In this document: positions 1 to 14,720 of the stretch, piece by piece
Layout of the letters: each line of letters starts with the position of its first letter
Numbering within the stretch: the stretch's first letter is position 1
Origin: the human T2T-CHM13v2.0 reference genome, Homo sapiens
Reading direction: 5' to 3' (one strand)
Assembly (NCBI RefSeq): GCF_009914755.1
Contig: NC_060925.1
Length of the DNA stretch: 64,000 bases
Notes under the pieces: model-generated
The model's input: the letters and a program-made list of their open reading frames with translations, nothing else
Databases searched by the model: none
Told to the model about the DNA's origin: nothing
Made by a program: the position numbers and the translations under genes

Positions 1-16
1 ACCATATCCCTCAGTG

Positions 17-202
17 AGGGTTACCAGACTTAGAAGATGAAAATACAGGATGCCCAGTTAAATTTGAACTTCAGATAACAAATACATATTTGGTATAAGT
101 ATATGCCACACAATATTTGGGATAGATTTATATTAAGACATTATTCAACATTTATTTGAAATTCAAATTTAATTGGTGTTCTGAATTTTATCTGGCCTCC
201 CT
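17..202. mobile_element. MER53 palindromic hAT MITE
   Basis: Ends AGGGTTACCAGA...TCTGGCCTCCCT, with internal inverted arms CCAGTTAAATTTGAA / TTCAAATTTAATTGG. Matches recalled MER53 consensus. Confidence 0.8.
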
Positions 203-919
203 GTGGCCACCACAACACCCATAACTTGAGACTTGGTAGGAATTCATAGGCCTTGAAATCCACTGGGGCCCTATCTCTCCCAAGAAGGCAGTGGAGAACT
301 TTGTGAGGAAGAAAAGCAGATGACTGGGCCTCTGCTAGGATTACTGGGATCCTAATACTGTCTGGTTCCCTCTCCTGGGCCAGCTCAGAAGGACCATAAA
401 ATTAGATCTTCTGAGTGCCTAGCACCTTGTCTGCCTTCCATCGTTGCATTTGGATGACAGAGAGTTTGCAGAGAACACAATGCCTCTTGACCTATGGCAG
501 CAGCATGATCAGTATCCTGCAGGACTTTCAAGGGGATGCTTTTTGCTCTTCTTGGAAAATGTCCTAATATATCCTGAAACATCCACATGCAACCTGACTA
601 GCTATGCTTCATACAATACTCTAGCCCCAACAGTTCTGAGTTACCTGAAACATCAGCACCTTCAAAACAGCACAGAAATGTGTGACATTTCTGAACCAAG
701 TTCAGTGTAGCCAGTTATCTGTGATTCTGGAGTGAGAGACACCCTGGTCACTGAGGTTACCTAGACATTTTCAAGAGATGTCTAACACCATTTTGTCTTT
801 TTCTGTGCAACTGCCCTAGTAATGACCTCCTAAAATAGAGAAGGAAGTTTCCTGATGTGCTGAGGTTGACACTATGTTTGGCAAGTCAAGACTCGCTGCA
901 CCTCTGCTCCAGTACAGCA

Positions 920-1095
920 CAAGCAAGCACTGACGATGTGCCAGGCACTGCTGAAAGGGCTTGCCTATATTAACTAATTTAATACTCATGATAACCCTAT
1001 GAGCTATATGCTATTATTATTGCTGTTTTGCGGATGAGGAAACTGAAACATGGAGTGATAAAGTAACTCCTATAAAGCCATACAGGTAAAAAATT
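920..1095 (-). mobile_element. MIR SINE relic
   Basis: GTGCCAGGCACTG...AACCCTATGAG...GATGAGGAAACTGA core. Confidence 0.6.
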
Positions 1096-1875
1096 TACTA
1101 AGAATAGAAATGAATGCAAGCAACTCAGCTCCACAGTGTGTCCTCTGCACCTGCATGCCAGCTCTACACAGCTGGAACCTAGCTTCATTCAGCATCACAC
1201 TGTTGAGACTGGTGCTGCCAACACTGTGGAGTGGGCCACCCTGACCCAGGAGAAGCTTTATGCCACACTTCATTATCCCTGCGTGGAAAGGGGAAGGGCC
1301 TGTGGTCAAGCATGTTTTCAAGCCCTAGAGGGTCCAATGTGTGATAGGGACTTCAGTCTGCCATAGCCTGAAAGCTCAGCTCATGCTATGCAAGGCAGCT
1401 CACCTTATCTGTGCTTGGGTGCTCCATCAGCTGTGTGCCCAGCACTCAGAATCACAGACCAGATTCTCTATCCTGAAAGCCTGAGTACAAGAGGTAACAG
1501 AGAGACTCGCTCTGGAAGACTATGGCTTGAGTATTTCACAATCATTCTGCTCAAATGATGTATTTTAGACATTTATGCATGGTCTTAATCCTGATACAGG
1601 GCCTCTTGGGGCAATTTGGATTGATGTTAAATGCCACGAAGCTCTTCATAGGAGCAAGGCAGTGCTCATCCCTGCTAGGAAGGCCAGAATGCAGCCTCAG
1701 CACAGCCACTGGCCCTCCCTGAGGTGATATGGTCTGGTACACTACCACAAAAGCACCTGGACCCAAAGCAAAGATACCTCAGGGTTCCTCTAGAGCCGCG
1801 GTGACTCCTTCTGATCCACACTCGCATCTGAAACTCCAGTTTTGGGACTTCTATTTGTTGTCTGCCCGCTTCCTG

Positions 1876-1989
1876 GATTGATTGATTGATTGATTGTTAT
1901 AGAGACAGGGTCTTGCTATGTTGCCCAGGCTGAACTCAAACTCATGGGCTCGGGTTATCCTCCCACCTCAGCCTCCCAAGTCATTGGGA
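1876..1989 (-). mobile_element. Alu monomer (FLAM-like) with (GATT)n tail
   Basis: AGAGACAGGGTCTTGCTATGTTGCCCAGGCTG...CCTCAGCCTCCCAA preceded by GATT repeats. Confidence 0.75.
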
Positions 1990-2388
1990 GGTCTGCCCCT
2001 CTTGACCTCTTCCCTGACTCTGCCCTCTTCCCTCCCTGCATTGCTCCTCCACCCATTCCAGTCATTTATACCCTGATAGGTAAAAGAGGGCTTCTACTTT
2101 CATGGTCTCTCAAAGCACTGCTTTCCAACCACAGCCCTCAGCTGTGCCTCAGTTTGGGCCTATCAGGTCTACATCCACATACCCACCACCCCTAGACAGG
2201 TGACAAAAGTAGTGCTTAAGAAACAAATGTGCTTTTTTGCCTCCCCCACACAACTGACTGCTCTGGCTAATATCACTGCTACACACTTTGCTTTCACTAA
2301 TTATTATTGCCTGCCCTCCAGAACTGCTTTTTTGCATACAAAGGTTTTTGTCCTTAGTGTTTTTTTTACACCTCTTCTTGGTATTATT

Positions 2389-2699
2389 ATTATTGTTTTT
2401 TATTTTTTTATTTTTCGAGACGGAGTCTCGCACTTTGGCCCAGGCTGGAGTGCAGTGGCGCGATCTCTTGACTCACTGCAAGCTCCGCCTCCCGGGTTCA
2501 CGCCATTCTCCTGCCTCAGCCTCCCGAGTAGCTGGGACTACAGGCGCCCGCCACCATGGCTGGCTAATTTTTTGTATTTTTAGTAGAGACGGGGTTTCAC
2601 TGTGTTCGCCAGGATGGTCTCGATCTCCTGACCTCATGATCCGCCCGCCTCGGCCTCCCAAAGTGCTGGGATTACAGGCGTGAGCCACCGTGCCTGGCC
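2389..2699 (-). mobile_element. AluY, full length
   Basis: Diagnostic GCAAGCTCCGCCTCCCGGGTTCACGCCATTC. TSD CTCTTCTTGGTATTATT at 2372-2388 and 2700-2716. Confidence 0.95.
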
Positions 2700-5600
2700 C
2701 TCTTCTTGGTATTATTGATATTCCTGCAGCTAGACAGTACCCGGGAAGGAATGCACCAACTAGAAGGAGCTTTAATGAGCCTACTGTGTTATGGCTGGCA
2801 TCAGCCTTCAGAGAGGTTTGAGCATAGGATGCCATCTAATTCCCCGCCAGCCCATTCATTCTATCCAACTAATGGGAAAACTAGAGGATTGCTGATAATA
2901 ATAGCATCAGCAAAAATAGTTACCATTTATCAAGCATTTACTATGGGCCAAGTACTACGCTAAATGCTCTGCATATATTTTCTCACTTAATTCTCAAAAA
3001 ATGCAATGAGGAGAATGCTATTTTATCTCTAGCTCACAGCTGAGAAAACTGACCTGCCAAAAAAGCCGCATAATGAATAAGTGATAGAGCAAAATTTTGA
3101 ACGCAAGTTAATTTAAAGCCTGGGCATTCAGCCACTCTGCTGCCATTATCATACATCATCTGACTTCCTTCATGTCCCATCTCCCAACTTCTGTTTTTTA
3201 TTTTCTCTTTTCCTGATTCTCCAGTTACCCACCCTAGCAGTGGAGGTGATATATATGAACTGCATGCCAAAGTGGGTGTAGACTCATAATGACAACATAA
3301 TGACACCAACTGGACCATGGGAAATGGTGAAGTCAAGAGTAGTTATTTCAACTTGGCCCTTTGAAACAGAGACCCTGCCGCAAGTTATGAGGGGTTTAAG
3401 TATTTTCCTGTTTCATTTGCCCTTAGATCCCAAACACCTAGAACTGTGCCTAGCTCATAGTAGGAGCCCAAGAAATACCAGCATGGAAACCTGGAAAGCT
3501 GGGGTAAATCTGATGAAGAGCACAGGAGCCTTAGTAAATCCGGGTGATCTGAAACTGGCTCTTAGTTGAGCCAGATGATAGGATCTTAATGACAATTGTG
3601 CACCACTTCTCATTTCTTGCGACTCTTTGCAGGTTTGCTTCTTGCTGTCTTATTCCAACTAAAAAATTCTGTTTACTTTTCATGTATTTTCTCTACCTCA
3701 GAATTGTTGCTTATTCATAAATTCTGCCTTCTTATCACATGGTTCTGCTTCCTCATAGTTTTGGTTTGCTATAATCCTCCATGGCTCCACTCCATTGTAT
3801 GCCATCCTTTCAGCTTCAGCTCCCATGGCTAACTGCTTCTTTCTATCCATGTTTCCCAATTCAAATCCCAGAAGGAGAGAATCTGATTGATCAAACTTAC
3901 CTTTTCCACTCAAGCCCTGGTTTTTGGGAAGGCAGCCCCTAATGTCAAGGGCCAATCACTGGTCCAATCAGGAGCCATCCCTGGGCAAAGAACAACCTAC
4001 CTCTGCTTCTCAAAGCAGGGGGCTCTGGGTGGGGCACTTTCATCTCAAAGAGGAAGTTGGGTGTGGCAGGCACTGTGTTGACATATCCAGTATAGGAGTG
4101 CCCTGGGAGCCCATCTCTCATTTCTGAAAGAGATAGCATTGTAGATCTGGACGTTTCATCACATATTCCCAGGAAAGCCCAGCCAAATGCAGCTGGTAAG
4201 TTGCTGAATGTGGAATTCCTCTTGGCCTTCCAACTCCTTGCACTCTTCCTTCTGGGACTACTTTGGTTTTTCAGTTTATTACCTGTTTGGAGTTGGCTTG
4301 TTTCTGGACTCTCTCTTCTGCTCAGGTGAGCAGACTTCTAACTGGAACGCCTGGCTCTTGGACAAGGTGAGTGTTTGGATCCAACTTTGGTTCTGCACCA
4401 TTCTTTCAACTTGGATGACATTGCCTCACCTCTTGTATCCTTGTCCTCTCCCTTCTACTCAATCCACTCTGCTCTGGGTTATTATTTACCTGAGGGTGCC
4501 TTCCCTTCCCAGACCCACCAACATACTCCTGAGGGAAGAACATTCAAAAGCAGCTGGTGGCTTCAGTGAGATCAATTTTTAGAGGAATGATCGGGGCAGA
4601 AGCTAGATAGAAGCAAGTTGAGGAAGTGGAAATAGTGAGTGCAAGACACTTTTCTGAGAAGTTTAGATGAAAAGGAGGGGAAGAAAACAGCTATGTGTCA
4701 AGAGTTTGGTGTGTGTGTGTGTGTTTTATTTTTTTTGAAAGAATTTGCTTCTTATTATATAACACATGATTTTGTAAAACATTTTGAAAAAAACAAAAAT
4801 TATAAACAATATGTTTACAATTGCCCATTAAACTACTACCTAAGTAATTACAATAGTTACCAATTTTTGAATACCTACTAAACAGAAGAATTATGCTAGG
4901 AACTTCATGAATTATTTTTCTATTTCTTGTGCAATACAATGTCCCAGATGGGTCAGAATTCAGACAGATATGGCTGTGATGCAGAATTAGACAATGTCTC
5001 TTCCCTTTAAGCAATGATTGGCATCCATTGATTTATAAGGGGGCTGAGAAGTTTGCTGGGGGCAAAATGGAAATATTTGCCTCAGTAGGGTCTTCAGCAT
5101 TCATGGGCATGTCTGGAGACAGTTCCAGAGGTAGGCAGAGTGCTGGCAGGAATGGTGGGGCCCCTGGAGAGAGCACCGTTGGTTGAGGAAGGAGTTTGTA
5201 ACGGTAAGACTGGGCTTTAGACCTGGAAGGTCGTGGTAAGTCTGACTGTCACAGGGAAGGGCCTAACCCAGCTTCCTTGCATGTGTCTTCCCAGAAGAAA
5301 ACAAAGAAGGGCCTCTGAGTCATGGAAAGAGCCATGAAACTCTTTAATGCTCTAGGGCCTATCGCCCAGTAACTGGTAACTCAGTGTTATATTAAGGAAG
5401 AGAGCTTTTCTTTTCCCACTTTGAAAGAGGATGCTGACAGACATCACAGGGGCTATCATAGCCCTCAATTTCCCATAAAACCGGCACCACAGTGCCAGCT
5501 GTGATTGCAGAAAAAGGTTTTTATCCAAGTTGTGTTAAGGAAATAGTAGTTGATTTCAGTTAATTCAGTCATAACACTTTACCTTGAGCATTAATGCTGA

Positions 5601-5799
5601 AAAAGTCAACTCTCTTACTTCCTGTTTTTCAAAAGCATTATTGGCTAGGGTAACTGTGCAGGGCTCCACGCTGACACCGTTTGTGGACTTTTAGCTCACA
5701 GTGGTGCTGTCAGTGCCAGCATCTTGGTGTCTGGCTAACTATAACAATACACATGATGACAACACTGGCTTAAGAACACAGGTAAGATCTGTCCACCAA

Positions 5800-6100
5800 T
5801 GACACCCAAATGTCTTTGTACAAAAACACCTACTCGATGAGGCCCTCCCTGACCACCTTATATAAAACCGAGCAACCCCTCTGCCTTCCTACCCTCTGCC
5901 TACCCCGACTTTCTTTCCATAGCACTTATCATCATCTCATGTTTTGTCATTTTTGTTTCTTTTTCTTCTTTTTTAATCATCGTTTTTCCTATCCCAAAAA
6001 GCAAATGCCAAGAAAGCAGTGTCCAGGTCTGTCTGTTTATTGTTGTGTCCCCAGAGCCCACATCAGTGACTCACACAGAGTGCTCAATATTTATTGAGTT
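5800..6100 (+). mobile_element. L2 LINE 3' relic
   Basis: AGGCCCTCCCTGACCACC...CCATAGCACTTATC...GTGCTCAATATTTATTGAG resembles an L2 3' end. Confidence 0.55.
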
Positions 6101-6929
6101 AATCCATTTCATGAATTTCTCATAAATATTTGGGGAAGGATAAGAACTATGAAGATTTTTAATTAACATGATCACATTTGGATTTATGGCTCAGGAGAAC
6201 CAAGGATATTTGCTTACATTTATACCACCCTTACAAGGTCCATACTCTAATATGGCCACTTTGCAGGTGAGGAAACTGAGGATCAGAGTGAAAGCAACCT
6301 GCCTCAGCCCCCATAGATAATAACGATCAGAGCCAATATAAACTGGTGTAGTAAGTAAGAAGACAAAGTAGGTAGTATTGCTATAGGTAAAGCAAGAGCT
6401 AAGGAAAGCCTTAGTTGATATGGCAGAAATAGGAACAGAGAGAAAGGGACAGAAAAGGAAGAAACTGTGAAGCCTGATTAGAAATATGGAAGGCAGAATT
6501 CAATATACTCCTAGAAGCAGCCCATGAAAATAAAATGAAGAAAGAAGGATTGTTTTTCTAAGAGGAGGGTGGCTTCAATTTCTTTCAGAAAAGATTGGCT
6601 AACTGAAAACTAAGAAAGAAACAGACCAAATCCTTGTAGCTTCTAGCACATCTATGATAAAATTCTGTTAATTGGATTTCATACTTGGATTATAACTGCA
6701 CAACACATGAGAGTAAAATGCCTTAAGACAAAAAGAGTAAAAATTGAGTCATAATATGGAGACGATACTATTCTGGCAATAGTATTCAAAGAATGGACCA
6801 GGGAGCAGTGCACAGCTTTGGGAAGCAGGGGTTGTCAACATTAGGACTCAGAGTTGTTAGTGATGAGGTTCCCAGGCAACATAAGAGACCCTTGAAAAAG
6901 GCTTTGGCTTAGGGAAAAAGAATTATAGG

Positions 6930-7218
6930 GGCCAGACGCGGAGGCTCACACCTGTAATCCCAGCACTTTAGGAGGCCGAGGTGGGTGGATCACCTAAGGT
7001 CAGGAGTCCAGGACCAGCCTGACCAATATGGTGAAACCCCGTCTCTACTAAAAAATACAAAAATTAGCTAGGCATGGTGGTGTGTGCCTGTAGTCCCAGC
7101 TACTCCGGAGGCTGAATGACTTGAACCCGGGAGGCAGAGGTTGCAGTGAGCTGAGATTGGGCGCCACTGCACTGCAGCCTGGGGCAACAGAGTGAGACTT
7201 CGTCTCAAAAAAAAAAAA
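6930..7218 (+). mobile_element. AluS (Sx-like)
   Basis: Alu dimer with A tail and TSD AAAAAGAATTATAGG. Short deletion in the right arm. Confidence 0.92.
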
Positions 7219-8787
7219 GAATTATAGGACCCAAGTAAGAAGGTCTGGCTCCCTTGGCATTTCTCACCCCCTGGCCCATTAGCTGGTGTTGCAGACTCCA
7301 CTGTGGTACTCCAAGGGGTTTTAGAGAAAGAACCAGGGCAGATGACCATCCAAATCAGAAGGGCCAGGTAGGATGGTCAGCCACACATGTGAGGGGCAGA
7401 TAGGGAAACAGAAGATTAATGCATATGGGAAGCCCCAGGAAGCTAAATCCATCCCAGATCACACTGGATACTGGCTCTGTTGAGGCAGGTGGTGGGGGGT
7501 CAGCCTGGTGACAGCATATTTGTTCATTCAATCAATATTTACTGAATGCTCTTTATATTCTAGGCACTGTGCCAGACATTGGGCTAGGTGCTGGGAATTG
7601 AAATAATAAACTATTTCCTGATTTCTCTTCTCTCTTCTGGAGAAAGAATTGGATTAGAACAAGGTATGGTTCTCACTGGCACAGGGATTGGGCAAGGCCG
7701 TCTGCAAGAGGCAGACATCAGCTTGGGCAATGGGGTCAAGTTGGGGATGGCAGGCCCTGGCTGATACAATACTTATATTTTACCTGAAATCTGTGTTTAT
7801 TTTCTATCTTGAACCTGGTATTGTTTATATTTGATAAGCAAATTTTATGTTTTAAGTAATTCCTAGACATACAGTTAGGACATTTTGCAGGGGAGGGCTT
7901 TTGATTTTTAATCCTAAAAGCATTAGTTTGTCTGTATTGCCGGGCTTGACAATCACATAAAATAAGTGTATTTCAAATCACTCAATAGGAGTGGCTGCAA
8001 ATAGGGGAAAGAACATGATCTATTACTACTTTGGATTACTACTTTTTACTGGCAAACCATAAATCACAGTGGGGAAGCCACAGTGGAGTATAAGGAACTT
8101 AAATCATGGCAAGAGTGATTTAAGGTCAGTCAGTGCAGCAGATAATCTGGAGAGATGATCCCACTCATAACCCTTTAAGACATGACACTTGGTAAACTAC
8201 CTAACTCATAAGGGTGTCCTGGCAGTGAACCTCCACACCTCCTGGTTGGGGTGTGTGCTCCATCTCACCCAGCTTAAGTAGGCCTGAAAGACCACCCTGT
8301 TCTCTCAGGCAAGAGTATTCCTCTTCATTACTGGAAGGGAATTAAAGACAAAGCTGGTCTAATCAATAACCGCAGGCCCTTGTCTCACTGAGAAGAATAA
8401 AAATGAATACGCAATTATTTGCCATTGTGGAATGTGTTTTCCCTAGTATCAATGCTGTATGTAATACTAAGATTTCTACAGCCTATTTAATATAGAATAT
8501 ATACATACACGCACATGCAAACACATACACACAGATATATATATATATATAGTTGCCTCTTGTATGGTATCCAGTCAAGTGTCTTTACTGTAACTGGAAA
8601 TCAAAATTACATCAATAGAAAAAAATGCTACACCAGTAGAAAAGGTGGGGGGGGGGAATAGGAGAATGAAAAAGGGGAGGAGCAAAAATGAAAATTCACT
8701 TTTAAACAAATGTAACTTTGGCTATATGGTTACAGGTATAGGTTCTGGCTGAAAAGATTTCAATGTCTGCTTTAATGTAAATTATAA

Positions 8788-9112
<325 letters not shown>

Positions 9113-9259
9113 TGACAAGATAATTTTAGGAGCCACTTTAAAAAGTTTCCGGAACTGTAGTCTATTATTTCAGTCTCAGTCCCATACACCATGAAAAATT
9201 TAGGGCATTTCATTGCTACAAAGAATTTTAAAGCAGAATCAATCCATGTAATTAAATCT

Positions 9260-9470
9260 TAACATTTATTAAGTGCTTATTGTATATCAGGTACTTTTAC
9301 TTTTCTAATCATTGTACAGTTATTAATTCATTCAAATCTTACAAAAGTCTATGAGTTATTGTTTCCATTTTACAGATGAGGAAATTGAGGCACAAATATT
9401 GCCCAAGATCTCACAGTTAGTGATTGACAGTAAGATTCACACTCAGACCATCTGACTCTGGAGGCCACAC
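9260..9470 (-). mobile_element. MIR SINE relic
   Basis: CCATTTTACAGATGAGGAAATTGAGGCACA...GCCCAAGATC core. Confidence 0.65.
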
Positions 9471-10395
9471 TTGTCATTCATGTTAATCTTACTTAACATG
9501 CTTCATGCTAACTACAGACTTAGTTATCTCCATATGCATCTTTCAAGTAGATGGCTTATCACAACAGCAATTAGACCTGTTTACATGTTTGGCGCTTATT
9601 TATTGAATGATTACCTACTACACACTGAAATTGGTTAAGTTTGTTTCTAAAACTGACAAGCTTTGTTTTAAAAACAATTCATCTTCTTCCGCTCTTTTTT
9701 TCACAAGAGGTAGTTGTTTGGATAGTAACCTTTTGAGAACCAAAAGAAGTGAAGGAGAGCTACTTTTGTGAGAATGAATGGTGGAGGGTCATTCATTCAA
9801 GAACTTGTTTTTACCAGGTACCAGTTGTCAGTATGCAAAAGCAGCGAGGTATGCCAATGTAATTCATGTTCAATAAACATCATAAAATTTATTTCTATAC
9901 ATTAAAATCTTCCTGTGTAACAAAATGCATGTTTTATTTTTATCTGCCACTTTTCTTAAGTCAGTAGACAATTCCCTCTTCTTTCTCCCAGGCTTGATAT
10001 GAGGTTAGCTTTTCACAATTGGTACTTCTGGGGGGGCAAAAAACAGGCAAAATAAGTGAATGGGAAAGCACTCAGACTTATTATTTATTAATTTGTGATA
10101 TTCTAGCCTTTCAGTGACTCTTTTCATGCTATTTTTTCCAACTTCTGTGGGATGGGGAAAAAACTTATCCGGAGTGACAACATTTCTATTTTCCATTATT
10201 ATTTCTTGCATAAGATATTCAAAAACAATTGTTTCGGCATCATCTCACTTCAAAGATAAAGAAAGCAATAGTAAATATCAGCCTGCATATTGGGAATTCT
10301 TCTAGAGAATATTATTTAGACTTCATGAAACAAAAGAGGAGCTAAAATTATGCTTTGTGTAAATCTCAGATAGTGGTTTTGGCTTAAAATTTGCT

Positions 10396-10691
<296 letters not shown>

Positions 10692-12360
10692 CTAGCGAGG
10701 AGACTCTTGATTCCTAAGAAATATTAACCTTATATCCCCAAATATATTTCATGTGCAGTTCAACAAATGAAAGTTAGGTGCTCTGAATAGGTTTTGGGGT
10801 TAATGAGTCTATTAGAATACAGGCTTTTTGTATAGCAGCCTCGGAGAGCTAGCCCAGCCAGGCCCAGTTTCTGCTGTTTCTCAAGCACAGGAGGCTGAGA
10901 GTAGAGAAAAGTGCTCTGTAAGAAGGCTGAGCCCCTCACTGGAGGTGGAACTACTACCCTACATGTTTTGTTTGTTTAGATGATACGCTGAGAACCAAAT
11001 CTACCCTGTCAGCTTACTCTTCAAGAACAAGCCAAGCAACTGAAAACTGAGTCCACGCTCAGCTAAGTCAAAGCCCAGGGGATTACTGGCATCACCACCC
11101 ACCCCACCTGGAGCATGACAATGTCTGTGAGAGAATAAGAGATGGGTGGTGTCACCACTATCTTTCTCTTTCTGTTCTCCAAATTATAATAATAACAGTC
11201 TCTTTTCCTCCTCTAAACATTTTTTATAAAGGAGGTTGAACTCAGTTGAAATATCTTGAAATTACTGTGGCTGGTTTACAAGCCACTCTGGAAAGTTATG
11301 CTCTGGCATAAATTTAGCAGCTATGTTTTACTGTAAAAAGAAACCCAGGGACATAGCTTATTAAGAAAATGTGGTCAAAGTGAGAATTTTCTTTGGTTTT
11401 ATAATAAATATAGATATTATATTACAAAATTAGATTTATATCATTGAGCTTGATACTAGACAGTAAATATTATTTCTTAGGAAAAGGTTAATACATCATT
11501 AAATTTTAAAAGTTGAACACAAAATCTCTAACAAATTAAATTTAAATATTTCCATTTCAATATCATTGCAGACAGTTCATGGTAGTGAAGTACATTGAGA
11601 AAACTTGTTCTTTAAGAAAACAAACTTCTGGGTAAAAGATAGTAATATATTAGCAAAAAAAGATTTTTATCAAGAGGGTTGAAGGTTATAGCATCATCAA
11701 GATAAAGATCAAATAGCATGGAGGCTAAAATAAACCTGTGCTTTTTTGAGCGGGTGGTCAATAGAAATTGGCTCTGTTGCTGGAGATCCTGAATTTTAAA
11801 TTCTGGTGATCAGGCCAGTAATATGCTGATGAAGCAGAAATGTCACAGCATATTTTACCAAGTCAAAGACAGGCAACAGTTATGAGAGGGACATGGAGAA
11901 CCTGGTAGAGCTCTGTGTACTATGCTGAATTAATAAATAGACAACTAACTTAAGGTGGACAAAACTGCTGGGTGTCTCCCAGGCTTCTAATGTTTTCAAA
12001 ATGTATTTGAAAACTTAAAGCCTTATAATAATAAGAAGAAGACTAGTCCAAGTTCTGTTTATTTCCTTTTAAAAGGAGTCAACACTTGAGGAGACAATTC
12101 TGTACTCCCACAACAGGAAAAATGCATCCTTTTACCGTGTGAATAATTGAACCAGAGTCATTGCCCACTCTTCAGGAAATAGCTCATGTAAACTTTTGGC
12201 CGACCTGTGCTTCACAGTGCACTTACCTCTTGACATCCACCTCTGTAAACTTTTATTTGTATTACCAAATATTGACTGCAAACAAAAAAAAAAAAGGAAG
12301 AAAAAGGAACCTCCCTTATGCAATTACAGAACGTTAGAGCAAAAGAGAACTGAAAGATGA

Positions 12361-12721
<361 letters not shown>

Positions 12722-13232
12722 AAGATCCTCTCTCTTATTGCTTGATGAAAAAATGTATTAGGCACTGGGAGGATAGAAATTAAAGAGCCCCAATACTTGA
12801 CATCTAGGAGCTCACAACCCAATAAGAAAAGTACACATGTAGACCACCCTCCAATATTTTACTGTACTCTGTACACTGTTGCTAGAATGATCTTTCTGAA
12901 AATACAAATTGTAATGTATCTAACCCTGTGTAAAACCGTGCAGTGGCTCCTTGTTGCCTGTAAGGTAAAGCTTTCCCCTTGTTCTCCAGCCTTCTGTCTA
13001 AATGGGTCTATGCTGATGCTCAGGATCCAGCCATAGAGAACCAATTGCTTTTCCCTAAATATAGCAGGCTTTTCCCTAAATATAGCAGGCCCTTTCATCC
13101 TGCCAGGCCTTTGTTATGCTGTTCTCTGCCTGGAATGACCTCCTCTCATTACCCTCCAGGAGGGTTATCTCTCTTGTAATAGATTTCCTTAGGTTTCTCT
13201 CCTTCCACCTCCAACCCCACAGACAGAATTAA

Positions 13233-13719
<487 letters not shown>

Positions 13720-14289
13720 TAGCTCAGTGCCTGGCTCAGAACAACTCCATTGAATGAACCATCCATAGAGGCCCTTACATCATGCTATGGGAATGCAACA
13801 GAAGGAGCAGTGAACTGTGCTTGGAGGAGTTGCCTTGGAAGCTGAAGCATGTATACCAAATAGAGGAACATCAGGGCAGGGCAAGGGTTGGTTCATAGCT
13901 AGTCGCCAGAATAGAATGCTCAAAGGTACAGGGGCCTGAGAAGTGGTGGAAAGGTTGGCAGGTTTGGGAAATTTGAGGATACCTGAGAGGATGGACTGTG
14001 GGATGTGGTGGTTTGCTGTTATTATTGTTATTGTTAAACCAGAAGAAGAGGCTATGAGTTAGTCAGGGGCTGTGTGTTAAAAGGCCTGGCAATTCATGCT
14101 GAGAAAGGAGTTTTGATTATATTACAAAGAGCTAAAGAAAGAAGAGTTTTGAAGGTCAGTATTCAAGAGTAGGGATGATTGGATATGCCTGTCAGAGAGA
14201 AAGGACAATGCAGTGACCAGGAGAGATTGCTCCAGGGAGGAGTGGGACTGCATCTTAGAGTCTGGGTGGGGCACTGCTGATCTGAGGGT

Positions 14290-14720
14290 TCAGAGAACTG
14301 AGAATGGTCCAGGTGAAAACTGATGAGGGCCTGAGGCAAGGCAGTGGAGATGGAGAAAATGAGAATGATTGGAGAAATAAACACAGCAGTGGTGGAATGG
14401 TGAGTGGCAATCAGCTGAAGATGGGGAATAAAGGGAAATGAGGAGTCAAAAATGATCCCAAGTGTTTATCTTGAATGTTTAAGCAGATGGCGTTGTCCTG
14501 ATATGGAATGGAGAAAAATAACATCGAGTTGAGTTTGTGATGCTTTCGAGATACTTAAATGAAAATGTTGAGAAAGCAGTTGAAATTACATGTCTCATAC
14601 TCAGGAAAGAGTTGAGGGCATGAGTCTCTCTAGGTAATAACTGATTCCATAGGAGAGGATGAGAGCATCTGAGAGCATGTGAGGGCGAGAGAAGGTCTAG
14701 AATGAGGCCCTCGGTTAAGG
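14290..14720 (-). mobile_element. L2 LINE relic
   Basis: Purine-rich GAGGAGTCAAAAATGATCCC...AAATGAAAATGTTGAGAAAGCAGTTG is typical of reverse L2. Confidence 0.5.

Noticed and set aside
2149-2835. Overlapping 94-131 aa ORFs, and similar ones at 8.8, 13.2, 21.6, 26.7, 47.7 and 57.4-58.8 kb
   Set aside because: They are translations of Alu sequence.
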